DNA of 64,000 nt from an uncultured Bacilli bacterium. GTDB taxonomy: Bacteria > Bacillota_I > Bacilli_A > RF39 > UBA660. Position 1 is the first letter of the stretch. Every line of letters begins with the position of its first letter. A model generated the notes under the pieces. That model searched no databases. It was not told where the DNA came from and saw only the letters and a program-made list of their open reading frames with translations. Where the stretch lies: positions 391-64,390 of the forward strand of contig CALVYL010000001.1 in NCBI GenBank assembly GCA_944372215.1, given 5' to 3'. Positions 22,258 through 31,905 of the stretch are shown here, one piece after another. Made by a program: the position numbers and the translations under genes.

Positions 22258-23235
22258 TTAAATAAAATTATCAGGATTAACGATATTTATTCCTTGTTTA
22301 CCAAACCAATTACATTTATTTATTACAGAGAAGGTATCTGCAAAGCCAATATTGATTCTAGTTCCACCGCTGTAGTCATTAGAAATACATATGCCATTTT
22401 CTATTTCTTTATTACATTCAATATCTTGTAAAAGATGATACGTTCCTTTATTTATTTGGGGACTACTAATTATTAAGGTACTAAAATCTCTTAGAGCTTG
22501 GAAACTAACTATTGATTTATTGTTATTATCGATGAGCGATAACAATGTATTTTCAGGTAAACTATCAGTTAAGTTAAAAAGCATAGTATATTGTTTAGAT
22601 AATTCATTGGGAATCTTCATATTATTATTGCCTAAACCTATAATTGTTCCACTATTAATTAATAATTCCTTTGTGATGCTAAAGACATCATTTAAAGCCC
22701 AAAGATATATTACTCCCCCATCGATTACTAAATTACCATTAGAACTAATGCCATTATTGATATTAGCAAAAATTTGCAAATTACCATTGCCTTCAATATA
22801 GGTATCACCAACTGATTTAATGGTAGCACTAGATGTTCCTCCATCGCTTAAAATATTATTAGTATTATTAGCTAAATTAATAACTAATTTATTCGATTTA
22901 CGATTATCAATTACACTATTTATTTCATTAACCATTGTTATTCCATTAAACTTTAAAGTGACATCATCACTCGTATCAATATATATAGTTCCATTAACTA
23001 AAATACCACTAACGTTATATATTCCCCCTTCATTTATATGAATATTGTTATTACTTATTTTTACTGAAGAATCATCTACTTTAGGGTTAACTCCCAAAGT
23101 GATATTGATGGTATTAGTTGATTCAGGAATTGTTTCTATTTCATTATTAATAAATATAGGTTGCAATAAAACAATTCCTACAATAACTATTAATAAAAGA
23201 GTAATTATAATTATGAATATTTTTTTATTACCCAT
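22258..23235 (-). CDS. Signal-anchored secreted beta-rich repeat protein (325 aa) of unknown function
   Basis: N-terminal TM. Asn/Ile/Gly-rich repeats suggesting a beta-solenoid. No catalytic motif recognised. Confidence 0.45.
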   Translation of the reverse strand: MGNKKIFIIIITLLLIVIVGIVLLQPIFINNEIETIPESTNTINITLGVNPKVDDSSVKISNNNIHINEGGIYNVSGILVNGTIYIDTSDDVTLKFNGITMVNEINSVIDNRKSNKLVINLANNTNNILSDGGTSSATIKSVGDTYIEGNGNLQIFANINNGISSNGNLVIDGGVIYLWALNDVFSITKELLINSGTIIGLGNNNMKIPNELSKQYTMLFNLTDSLPENTLLSLIDNNNKSIVSFQALRDFSTLIISSPQINKGTYHLLQDIECNKEIENGICISNDYSGGTRINIGFADTFSVINKCNWFGKQGINIVNPDNFI

Positions 23236-23331
23236 AATACCACCTTTATTTAATTATATAGGATATTTATTAAATAGAAAAATAATTTTCTTTAGAACCT
23301 AACAAATTGACAAAAACTTTACTTTAAAGTA

Positions 23332-23360
23332 TTGAAAAATACACTGTAAAATGGTATAAT
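23332..23360 (+). promoter_or_regulatory. Promoter TTGAAA-17-TGgTATAAT for tRNA-Lys
   Basis: ttgaaa at 23332-37 and tataat at 23355-60 with an upstream TGg. Confidence 0.6.
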
Positions 23361-23377
23361 GCTTTTGTTATTTAGTT

Positions 23378-23453
23378 GTCTCCTTAGCTCAGTTGGTAGA
23401 GCAACTGACTCTTAATCAGTGGGTCTAGGGTTCGAATCCCTAAGGGGACACCA
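23378..23453 (+). tRNA. tRNA-Lys (CUU)
   Basis: GTCTCCTTAGCTCAGTTGGTAGAGC. Anticodon loop CTCTTAA. GGGTTCGAATCCC. Ends GGGGACACCA. The terminator atccctt-tttat-aagggat plus a T-run at 23467-23497 follows. Confidence 0.88.
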
Positions 23454-23610
23454 GATATGAATTATTATCCCTTTTTATAAGGGATATTTTTTATTTTTAC
23501 TCCCAAATTTTACTCCCAAATAGTATTTTCAAAAAATATAATTAAATTTTTAAATTATAAGATAAAATATTATAAAATTATTTAACATCAAAGCAAAATG
23601 TGGTACAATA

Positions 23611-23685
23611 TCATTCAGAGGTGTGTCTGAAGGATATTTTTAGATAGAATTTTATCTTCGAGAATCTAAAGTAGAAAAATATCAT
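23611..23685 (-). CDS. Candidate 24-aa small ORF (MIFFYFRFSKIKFYLKISFRHTSE). It may be a type I toxin-like peptide.
   Basis: ATG at 23685. GGAGGTG SD 8 nt upstream. TGA stop. The ORF and SD are bracketed by a perfect 13-bp long-range inverted repeat (23592-23604 with 23711-23723). Confidence 0.3.
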   Translation of the reverse strand: MIFFYFRFSKIKFYLKISFRHTSE

Positions 23686-23817
23686 TATGCTCACCTCCAC
23701 CTTATAAAGGACCACATTTTGCTGTCTAATGCAAATGTCACCACATTTGCATCAAAAATCAAAATTGTTTCATAAAAAAAGAACCTAGCCAAAATTGACT
23801 AAGTGTTTTTTATAAAT

Positions 23818-24447
23818 TTATCTTTCTAGTTCCGAAAAATCGTATACCTCATCTTCACTAGGTCTTTTGTTAAATTCTACTTTTTGGACTTTAGATGCAC
23901 TTTTACCCTCTTTATCGGTTACAGTATATTGAATCCAATATTGATCTATTGTCCGTCCATTAATGTCTACTCCCGTTTCATGATATACTTTGTGAGTAAC
24001 CTCTACACCAGGGCGATCATCCCATACCTCTAAATGGTCATAATTTATATCAGCAATGGAATCGACATAATATATTTGATCAAAAAATTTTATCGTGGGA
24101 GTAGCAATATCATTAGGATTATTAACATCTTTTAAATAATTATATTTGCTTGATGAAAATATAAATGCTGGTGTACCATTATAGTCGATTTGATACCAAT
24201 AACTATTACCGGACACATCGACATCAGAAACCGCATAAACATCTCCTTTTTTAGCTTCACCTAAAATTTTACCATCACCACTACCTTTAGCACGAATATT
24301 TACAGAATCTGCTAAAACCTCAACATACCATCCTTCTTTTATTTCCGCAACTTTTGCTTCAGCACGAACATTTTTAAAATAAAAATAACCACCAACACCT
24401 CCAGCAATTACTAATAAAATAATAAATATTATTAAAAATTTCTTCAT
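23818..24447 (-). CDS. Signal-anchored surface protein with SH3b and Ig-like (DUF5011/Big_3-like) domains
   Basis: N-terminal TM. SH3b-like GWYVEVLADSVNIRAKGSGDGKILGEAKKGDVYAV. C-terminal VEVTHKVYHETGVDINGRTIDQYWIQYTVTDKEGKSASK. Confidence 0.55.
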   Translation of the reverse strand: MKKFLIIFIILLVIAGGVGGYFYFKNVRAEAKVAEIKEGWYVEVLADSVNIRAKGSGDGKILGEAKKGDVYAVSDVDVSGNSYWYQIDYNGTPAFIFSSSKYNYLKDVNNPNDIATPTIKFFDQIYYVDSIADINYDHLEVWDDRPGVEVTHKVYHETGVDINGRTIDQYWIQYTVTDKEGKSASKVQKVEFNKRPSEDEVYDFSELER

Positions 24448-24494
24448 ATCTTACTCCTTAATATAATTTTATCATAATATGATCTTTTTTACTA

Positions 24495-25082
24495 CTATTG
24501 TGATATATTTCGTTCTAATATTGCTTGATATTCGTTTTTATCAGGTATTTCTAAAGTCATTTTTAATTTACTATTTATTTTAACTATATTTCCCTCTGCA
24601 TTAATGTACGAAATAATTTTAGTACTATCTGCAGATATAGGACCATAAATATCTAAATACCACATTACAAAATAATTCCAAGTATCAGTCATATCCCAAG
24701 CATCATTTTGCGCGAAAGGCGACAAATCATCATGAATCATATAAAAAATTCCATCACAATAATATAGGGAAATGTCATTTTTCGTAACTAACAAATATAT
24801 AGCATTTATGACAATATCCATAGCATCTAATTCATAATGTCCTTGTTTTATTTCAGCTAAAATATCTTTATTATTGACATTTCGGATGGTACATATAAAG
24901 CTTCTTTCAAAACTATTGGTCTCATCTAATAATGGATTATCAAAGTCTTTTACAAGTATATCATCAACGATTATTTGATAATCTAAATCTTGGGCTGGAA
25001 TATTTTGGGATAAAATTAGTAAATCTTCAAAAAAATATTCTTTTTTCATTAAAACTCGATAATTAATTGTAACTGTCTTCAT
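24495..25082 (-). CDS. Hypothetical cytoplasmic protein (195 aa)
   Basis: ORF with SD ggag 8 nt upstream. No recognisable motif. Confidence 0.4.
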   Translation of the reverse strand: MKTVTINYRVLMKKEYFFEDLLILSQNIPAQDLDYQIIVDDILVKDFDNPLLDETNSFERSFICTIRNVNNKDILAEIKQGHYELDAMDIVINAIYLLVTKNDISLYYCDGIFYMIHDDLSPFAQNDAWDMTDTWNYFVMWYLDIYGPISADSTKIISYINAEGNIVKINSKLKMTLEIPDKNEYQAILERNISQ

Positions 25083-25100
25083 AAATATAACTCCAATAAA

Positions 25101-25140
25101 TATAGTCTATCATATTTTTTTAATTTATGGTAGACTATAT
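25101..25140. promoter_or_regulatory. 12-bp inverted repeat (TATAGTCTAtCA ... TGgTAGACTATA) in the divergent promoter region
   Basis: Read directly from the sequence. The arms sit at 25101-25112 and 25129-25140. Confidence 0.45.
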
Positions 25141-25153
25141 TTAGGTGAAACTT

Positions 25154-26143
25154 ATGAAAAAAGTAATTATATTCTCTCATCAAAGTGATATTGATGGTAT
25201 AAATGCTATTATCCTAGCGAAGATGGCTTTTCCCAATCTTACTTATCAATTATCGCCGGGATTTAAAGAACTTGATGCTATATTTAATAATTATTTTAAC
25301 AACAATTTGTTAAATAAATATGAGCAAATATTTATTACGGATTTAGCTTTAATGGAACCTACTTTAACTAAAGTAGCTAATTCCAATTTAAAAGATAAAA
25401 TTTTAATTTTTGATCATCATCAAATGTCTATTAACACTAATTTAAATCGTTATGATTTTACCCATATTATTGAAGAAGATGAAAACGGTAAGAAATGTGC
25501 AACGGAATTATTTTATCAATATTTAATTAATAATAAAATATTAAAAAGAACTAAAGCTTTAGATGAATTTGTAGAATTAACTCGATTAGAAGATACTTGG
25601 GAATGGAAGCAAAATAAAGAAATTGGTGATAAAGCTCATAATTTAGCTATTTTGTTTAATATTTTGGGAATAGATAGTTATATTATTAAAATGTTTAATA
25701 AATTAAATAATAATACAGAAGAGTTTAATTTTGATGATGAGGAATTAAATTTAATAGAAAATAAGAAAAAAGATTATAATAAATTATTAAAAGAATATAT
25801 AGATAGCATACTATATTTATATGATGAATTTAATAATAAATTTGGAATACTTTATGCTAATTATGAGTATCGCAATGAAATTGCCGAATATATTAGAAAT
25901 ATGGGAAATCCTGTCGATATAAAATATGTAATTATTGTAGCTATGGATAAAGGATTCGGGCAAAAATCATACCGCACTATTACTGACGGTTTTGATGTCA
26001 ACGAAATTGCGGAATTGCATGGTGGTGGCGGACATCCTAATGCAGCATCTGTTAATATAACCAAAGAACAAAGAGATGAAGCTAAAACTTTAGATGAAAA
26101 AGAAAGTTTAAAATATCTTGCCAAATGCCAATATTTTATATAA
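25154..26143 (+). CDS. DHH-DHHA1 phosphoesterase, NrnA-like nanoRNase/pAp phosphatase
   Basis: Motifs IIFSHQSDIDGINAI, LIFDHHQ (DHH) and GGGGHPNAAS (DHHA1). The start was moved to the ATG at 25154 with SD aggtga. Confidence 0.6.
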   Translation: MKKVIIFSHQSDIDGINAIILAKMAFPNLTYQLSPGFKELDAIFNNYFNNNLLNKYEQIFITDLALMEPTLTKVANSNLKDKILIFDHHQMSINTNLNRYDFTHIIEEDENGKKCATELFYQYLINNKILKRTKALDEFVELTRLEDTWEWKQNKEIGDKAHNLAILFNILGIDSYIIKMFNKLNNNTEEFNFDDEELNLIENKKKDYNKLLKEYIDSILYLYDEFNNKFGILYANYEYRNEIAEYIRNMGNPVDIKYVIIVAMDKGFGQKSYRTITDGFDVNEIAELHGGGGHPNAASVNITKEQRDEAKTLDEKESLKYLAKCQYFI

Positions 26144-26163
26144 AATATTATTAGGTGGTGTAT

Positions 26164-26490
26164 ATGGAAAAAAATAAATATCAAAGAGCTAGTAAAAATA
26201 CTAAAAAAGAAATTAGAATGGAATTTTTTCAAACTGATTTTGGTAAAAGTTTGAATGTAAGATTAATTCGTTTGGTAATATTTAGTATTCTATTAATTGG
26301 CTTTGCTATATATTTCTTAATAGATGGTATATTTATTGAATATAGTTTGAGTGAAATCATATCAGCAGTATTCTTTATTATATTCGCTATTATATTTTTA
26401 TGGGGTAGACATTATATAATTGTTAAAAACTGTAATAATTATATGATTAATAATCCAAAAAAGGAAAAAACAAATAAAAAGAAGAAATAA
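26164..26490 (+). CDS. Small membrane protein (two TM segments)
   Basis: ORF with SD taggtgg. Hydrophobic helices. Confidence 0.4.
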   Translation: MEKNKYQRASKNTKKEIRMEFFQTDFGKSLNVRLIRLVIFSILLIGFAIYFLIDGIFIEYSLSEIISAVFFIIFAIIFLWGRHYIIVKNCNNYMINNPKKEKTNKKKK

Positions 26491-26503
26491 CATATAATTA
26501 AAT

Positions 26504-26875
26504 ATGAATATATTTAATAGATTACAAAGACTTAATAGTGAAAATAAAATTTGGATTATATATTTTTTTATTGCAGCATTTGCTATTATTGCTAATAGTT
26601 ATGAAAAAGATTTTTTAGTTAGAAAAAATAAAAAAAGCTACACAATTGAAAAAACAATACATATTGGTATTTTCTTAGTAGCTTTTTTTATCTATTTATA
26701 TTTTGTTTTAGTAATTACTAAAGATTTAAATAACATGGAAAAAAATTTCAATAATACTAAATATCGTAATACTTTTCTTCAGCTTATTGCTGCCCTACTC
26801 TTTTTAATTGGGGGTGCTATTTATTTAGTACAAGAAGCATCAACTAACGAATTAGATGAAATTGGTTTTATTTAA
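26504..26875 (+). CDS. Small membrane protein (three TM segments)
   Basis: ORF. Hydrophobic helices. Confidence 0.4.
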   Translation: MNIFNRLQRLNSENKIWIIYFFIAAFAIIANSYEKDFLVRKNKKSYTIEKTIHIGIFLVAFFIYLYFVLVITKDLNNMEKNFNNTKYRNTFLQLIAALLFLIGGAIYLVQEASTNELDEIGFI

Positions 26876-28085
26876 AATAACGATATGTTTGGTGTTTTTC
26901 TAAGGTTATACCATTAATTTCCGCCAAATCGGAAACCGTAACCAATTGATAACCTTCTACATATAATTGGGGTAATAATTCTTCTATGGTTGCAATACTA
27001 GTTTTATGAATATCATGAAATAATATAATTGCACCATCAAAAACATTATCCATAACATATGTTTTTAAGTAATCGACATCTTTATGTCTCCAGTCTTCAG
27101 TATCAATATTCCAAAGAATAAAAGTTGTATCTAAAGATTCTTTGATAGTATTATTAATCGAACCATATGGTGGACGAGTTAAGGTAAAACCAGTACCAAT
27201 TATACTTTTTAAAGTTTCGTTACTAGTATTAAATTCCTTTTGAATAGTAGTTATCTCTTGTCGTAGAAAATTTTGATGCGCATAGGAGTGATAGCCTATT
27301 TCATTGCCATTTTGATAAAGTTTTAAAATTACATCACGATAATAATTTAAATTTTTACCTAACATAAAGAAAGTAGAATGAGCTTTATTGTTTTTCAGAA
27401 TATCAGCAAGAGTACTAGTATAAGCTCCTGGACCATCATCAAAAGTAATTGCAATATGCTTTTTGGCGGGATTAATAACGGAACCATCTTCATTGCTATA
27501 ATTGCTATCCAAATCAACAGTTATATTTAAATAATTTTTTATTTCATTATAATTTACTGTTAAAAATAAATCTTCATTGAGTTTAGGGGTTATTTCATAA
27601 TCATAGTAATAGATAACTAATTCATTATCTTTTAAAAAATAGACATTGGTTTGATCATTTTTATTTAGTACATCGGCGATAAATGTAGGATATTTTAAAT
27701 ACAATAATTCGGTTATTTTGGCATTAAAATTAGCTAATTCATCCTTTTTTATTATCGAATAAATTGATAGTTCTTCTCCAGATTCATAATCAAATAAAAT
27801 ACTTTCATAACGATTATTATTTACTTTTAATATTGAGGTTATTTCTTTTTTTATGTCTATTACATCCACTAAAGAGCCTTCAGGAATATTATCTATATAT
27901 TTATCTATTGCTTCGTTTCTAACAATATTTTTGTCAGTTTTAATAACCGTTGTAGAATTAATTTCTTCACTTGATAACAATTTTAAATAATTAGTACTAA
28001 TTACACTCATAGTTAAAGCAAGGACAAAAATAATTGTCCAAAATACATTGGTTATCAATTTATTCTTTTTTAATTTATACTTCAT
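26868..28085 (-). CDS. Polysaccharide deacetylase (NodB-domain, PgdA-like) with an N-terminal TM
   Basis: HIAITFDDGPGAYT and HSYAHQNF NodB motifs. Confidence 0.8.
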   Translation of the reverse strand: MKYKLKKNKLITNVFWTIIFVLALTMSVISTNYLKLLSSEEINSTTVIKTDKNIVRNEAIDKYIDNIPEGSLVDVIDIKKEITSILKVNNNRYESILFDYESGEELSIYSIIKKDELANFNAKITELLYLKYPTFIADVLNKNDQTNVYFLKDNELVIYYYDYEITPKLNEDLFLTVNYNEIKNYLNITVDLDSNYSNEDGSVINPAKKHIAITFDDGPGAYTSTLADILKNNKAHSTFFMLGKNLNYYRDVILKLYQNGNEIGYHSYAHQNFLRQEITTIQKEFNTSNETLKSIIGTGFTLTRPPYGSINNTIKESLDTTFILWNIDTEDWRHKDVDYLKTYVMDNVFDGAIILFHDIHKTSIATIEELLPQLYVEGYQLVTVSDLAEINGITLEKHQTYRYFK

Positions 28086-28099
28086 TTAAAATACTTCCC

Positions 28100-29524
28100 T
28101 TATATATTCTTAACATCCTTCTTTATAAACACTATAAATGATACCACTAACATTATTAGTAAATATATCAAACAGACAATTATGGCGTGCGGCAGACTAT
28201 TGCCAAATATTGATGTTCCTCCGAACAAATACTGCGTAAAATCCCAATTAGTTGTGACAAAATAATTTAATATTTTAATATCATAAACTAAGGCAAATTG
28301 ATTGATTATTTCTGCTCCTAAAATACCACAGAATGGTAATACAATGGCAAAGGCTGTGGAATTAATTATAACACTACAAGCAAAAGCTAAAGTCGCAAGC
28401 AAGATTATTTGGGGTAAATTGGTTAATATATATAATCCCAAATAGCTAAATACATTCATAATTTCTAAATTTGCTGTAGTTATGTTATAGACAACTACTG
28501 GTATACTTAAACCACTAAATCCTAAGAGAATACCACCGAATAGCAATTCAGTTACTATTAAAAGGCCAATAAGTAACAAAATCATTATTATTACACTAAT
28601 GTATTTGGTTAGTAATATTTTGCTTCTCTTGTGAGGAGTAATTAATAAACTTTTTATGGTTCCTTTACTAAATTCATCACTTACCATGGCTCCAGCAATC
28701 ATTATACTAAATACTAGTATTAAAAATGAATATTCACTAAAGAAATTTATAAATACCATTCTTACAGAGTCATCATTAATAGTATTAACTTTTTCATTTA
28801 ATACATACCAATTTTCATGATATATTTTTACGTCTTCTTCATAATTAGACTTGTCATTTGCATAGTTATATTCCGCTAGATTATATAATGAATTACTAAT
28901 ATTATCTATGGCAATATTTAAATAATCATTACCATAAGCTACATTCTCATCTAATCTATATTGATTTAATTTTATCTGTTCTTCAGCAACAAATACTTGT
29001 TTTTCTATCTCCACTTTATTAGTAGTTATCGTATCATCATTTAATAATGTCCGATTATAATCAATTTCTTCATTTAACTCAGCAATATCTTGCCTTACAA
29101 AATATTGCCAATTAGCACTTTCAATATTTTCTTTTATAGTATTTAGCAACTGATTAGTTTGCGTATTATCATTGCCATAAGTCAAATTATCATAATAATC
29201 TCTTAAGACATTCCAATATTCTTCCATATATTTTTGATATTGCCAAGAATCACTAGCATAATTACTAGCTAGATTATAGGTTTCAACATATGATTTATAG
29301 TAATTATACATACTACTTTCACCAATGTTTTCATTTTCATAATCATCTACATATTTAAGAGCAGTAGTAATATCTTCATAATAATTATAAGAATTAATGA
29401 AATTATCATCTAAAGTACGATATAATACATTGGTAAGTATTACATAAACTATGGCAATTATTATAAATATTTTCGTGCTTCTTTTGTGAAACAATTTATA
29501 TAATTCATTTTTTATTAAAGTCAT
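28100..29524 (-). CDS. ABC-2-type transporter permease
   Basis: 474 aa. N-terminal TM, a large extracytoplasmic region, and a C-terminal six-TM bundle. Translationally coupled to the ATPase gene. Confidence 0.6.
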   Translation of the reverse strand: MTLIKNELYKLFHKRSTKIFIIIAIVYVILTNVLYRTLDDNFINSYNYYEDITTALKYVDDYENENIGESSMYNYYKSYVETYNLASNYASDSWQYQKYMEEYWNVLRDYYDNLTYGNDNTQTNQLLNTIKENIESANWQYFVRQDIAELNEEIDYNRTLLNDDTITTNKVEIEKQVFVAEEQIKLNQYRLDENVAYGNDYLNIAIDNISNSLYNLAEYNYANDKSNYEEDVKIYHENWYVLNEKVNTINDDSVRMVFINFFSEYSFLILVFSIMIAGAMVSDEFSKGTIKSLLITPHKRSKILLTKYISVIIMILLLIGLLIVTELLFGGILLGFSGLSIPVVVYNITTANLEIMNVFSYLGLYILTNLPQIILLATLAFACSVIINSTAFAIVLPFCGILGAEIINQFALVYDIKILNYFVTTNWDFTQYLFGGTSIFGNSLPHAIIVCLIYLLIMLVVSFIVFIKKDVKNI

Positions 29525-30408
29525 TATTTTAACCCCCTTGTCTTTTTCAAGAATGCCTCTTCAAGAGTTATTTCTTCTTGTCTTATTTCGTATATATCAA
29601 TATTTTTTTGCACTAATTCTTTAACAATATTAGCCACTTTTTCCTTATTGGCTTTTATCTTAAAAGACGTTTTAGTAACAGCAAAAGCATCACTTATATC
29701 CATTTTACTTGTATCGTTTACTTTAAAGATTATAACATCTTCGTTCTTCTTTAAAGTATCAACAGCACTAGATTCAATAATTGTTCCATTATCGATAATA
29801 CATACTTTATTACAAAAACTTTCCAATTCTGCTAGGTTATGACTAGATATGAGAATCCCCATGCCATCATGGGCAAGTTTTTTTAATAAATTTCTTAAAT
29901 CTTTAATTCCTTCCGGATCAAGGCCATTGGTAGGCTCATCTAAAATTAAAACATTGGGTTTATTTAAAAGGGCCCGAGCTATACCTAATCTCTGACGCAT
30001 TCCTAAGCTATATTTATTAACTTTATCATTAATCCGCGACTCTAAGCCAACATATTTAACAATTTCGGAAATTTCAGTATCACTTATATTATTGTAATAG
30101 TTAGCAATCATTCTTAGGTTTTGCCAACCCGTTAAATACATATATGAATCAGGATTTTCGACAATTGCTCCCACTTTTGATATAGCTTTTTCAAAATCTT
30201 TCGTAATATCTAAATCGTTAATTAAAACTTGACCAGAATCAATTTTTTGTAAACCTAATATTAATTTAATAGTAGTTGTTTTACCACTACCATTAGGTCC
30301 AATAAATGCTAAAATATCCCCTTCATTAATTGTAAAGGAAACATTTTTTAATATTTGTTTTTTTCCAAAACTTTTACATAAATTTATACATTCTAATAAT
30401 TTTGTCAT
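29524..30408 (-). CDS. ABC transporter ATP-binding protein
   Basis: Walker A GPNGSGKTT. Signature YSLGMRQRLGIARAL. Walker B ILDEPTNGLD. Confidence 0.9.
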   Translation of the reverse strand: MTKLLECINLCKSFGKKQILKNVSFTINEGDILAFIGPNGSGKTTTIKLILGLQKIDSGQVLINDLDITKDFEKAISKVGAIVENPDSYMYLTGWQNLRMIANYYNNISDTEISEIVKYVGLESRINDKVNKYSLGMRQRLGIARALLNKPNVLILDEPTNGLDPEGIKDLRNLLKKLAHDGMGILISSHNLAELESFCNKVCIIDNGTIIESSAVDTLKKNEDVIIFKVNDTSKMDISDAFAVTKTSFKIKANKEKVANIVKELVQKNIDIYEIRQEEITLEEAFLKKTRGLK

Positions 30409-30430
30409 CTAAATATATTCCTTTCTATAA

Positions 30431-31294
30431 TTATCTGTTAAATGTCTTATGATAAACATCTTTTATTCTTTCATTAGATACATGAGTATAAATACCTGTA
30501 GTGTTTAAACTAGAGTGTCCCAGTAATTCTTGCACTGTTTTAATATCAGCACCATTATTAAGAAGATGAGTGGCAAAAGTGTGTCTTAAGGTGTGCGGGG
30601 TAACATGAGTTTTTAAAGATAAATTTTTTACTAAATCTTTAATTATGTATTCTATATCATGAATACTTAATTTATAATTATTATGAGTAAATAAATATTC
30701 AAAATCTATTTTTGCTAAATATTTATCTAAATATTCACGGGCATAATCGCCGAAATAAACAATACGTTCTTTACTACCCTTTCCCATTATCCTTATGGAA
30801 TTATTTGTCAAGTTAATATCTTTAATTTTAATATTAATCATTTCACTAACTCGACAACCAGTGGCATAAAAAAGCTCAATTAGCAAACGATTTCTAAGAC
30901 CTATTATAGTAGATGTGTCAATATTATCTAATATTTGCGCTAATTCTTCATAACTTAAATAATTGGGCAATTTCTTTTCTATTTTGGGATTTCTAATACT
31001 ATTAAATAAGTTAATGGAGACAATATTTTGACTTAATAAATAATTATAAAATGTTCTAAGAGCACTAATTCTGCGAGCAATGGTACTATTTTTTAATTTT
31101 GCATCATCTAAATATTTTAAATAATTTCTAACAATATTACTATCGATATTTTTATAATTAAGATTGTTTTTCTTTAAATAATTTAAATAATTAGTTATAT
31201 CTTTTTGATAACTAATTATTGTATTATCCGAATAATTTAATTCTTTTAATAAGTATTCTAAGAATTTACCTAGTTCTTCCATCATTATGTCCAT
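30431..31294 (-). CDS. Tyrosine recombinase XerC/XerD-like
   Basis: HTLRHTFATHLLNNGADIKTVQELLGHSSLNTTGIYTHV with catalytic Tyr. SAM-like N-domain. Confidence 0.85.
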   Translation of the reverse strand: MDIMMEELGKFLEYLLKELNYSDNTIISYQKDITNYLNYLKKNNLNYKNIDSNIVRNYLKYLDDAKLKNSTIARRISALRTFYNYLLSQNIVSINLFNSIRNPKIEKKLPNYLSYEELAQILDNIDTSTIIGLRNRLLIELFYATGCRVSEMINIKIKDINLTNNSIRIMGKGSKERIVYFGDYAREYLDKYLAKIDFEYLFTHNNYKLSIHDIEYIIKDLVKNLSLKTHVTPHTLRHTFATHLLNNGADIKTVQELLGHSSLNTTGIYTHVSNERIKDVYHKTFNR

Positions 31295-31631
31295 ATTTTT
31301 GCTCTAATTCAGCAGTTAAAGTGCGTAATTCATTTTCTAAAAAAGCTATTGCAAAATTATTTTCTTTAATATTGTTTTTTAATTCCCTTTTAGTATGAAT
31401 TGGTGTTGCATTAGAATTTATAGCTACCTTACAATGGGCTATGTCATCTTGCAAAAGAATAATTTTAGCTCTAATAGCCTTTATTTTTTGATATATTTCG
31501 CTATATTCAAAACCTTCGATATCAAAAGCTGTTTTAGGATTCATTAAAGATAATTCTTCGGCATCTAAAACTATGGTATCTTCATATTCTTTTTGATATT
31601 CATTATTTAAGTAATCTTGTATTTTATCCAT
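31266..31631 (-). CDS. Hypothetical protein (121 aa, coiled-coil)
   Basis: ORF only. Confidence 0.35.
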   Translation of the reverse strand: MDKIQDYLNNEYQKEYEDTIVLDAEELSLMNPKTAFDIEGFEYSEIYQKIKAIRAKIILLQDDIAHCKVAINSNATPIHTKRELKNNIKENNFAIAFLENELRTLTAELEQKYGHNDGRTR

Positions 31632-31659
31632 TTTTACATCTCCCTTATATCAACCAAAT

Positions 31660-31905
31660 TTATCTACCCTTGTGCGTATTTCCAAGTGTTATTTCTAAAT
31701 CTTTTAATTTTTCGCGATTATAAAAAATATTTCGATTGTTATTGGCAATATCACCATAAAGTTCGGATTTGCACATTTCTGGCGTTCTAGGATCTTGCAA
31801 TAATTCTTCATTATCAATATTTTCTTGTTCTAATTCAGCGATTGTTCGCCGTAAATATTGAATTCTGCGCATAGTTTCATAATAATCCATATCAGGCATT
31901 AACAC
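31660..31905 (-). CDS. Hypothetical protein (81 aa)
   Basis: ORF only. Confidence 0.35.
   Translation of the reverse strand: MLMPDMDYYETMRRIQYLRRTIAELEQENIDNEELLQDPRTPEMCKSELYGDIANNNRNIFYNREKLKDLEITLGNTHKGR

Noticed and set aside
23731-23750. Hairpin gcaaatgt-cacc-acatttgc considered as an intrinsic terminator
   Set aside because: No T-run follows on either strand. It is more likely part of the structured element described above.
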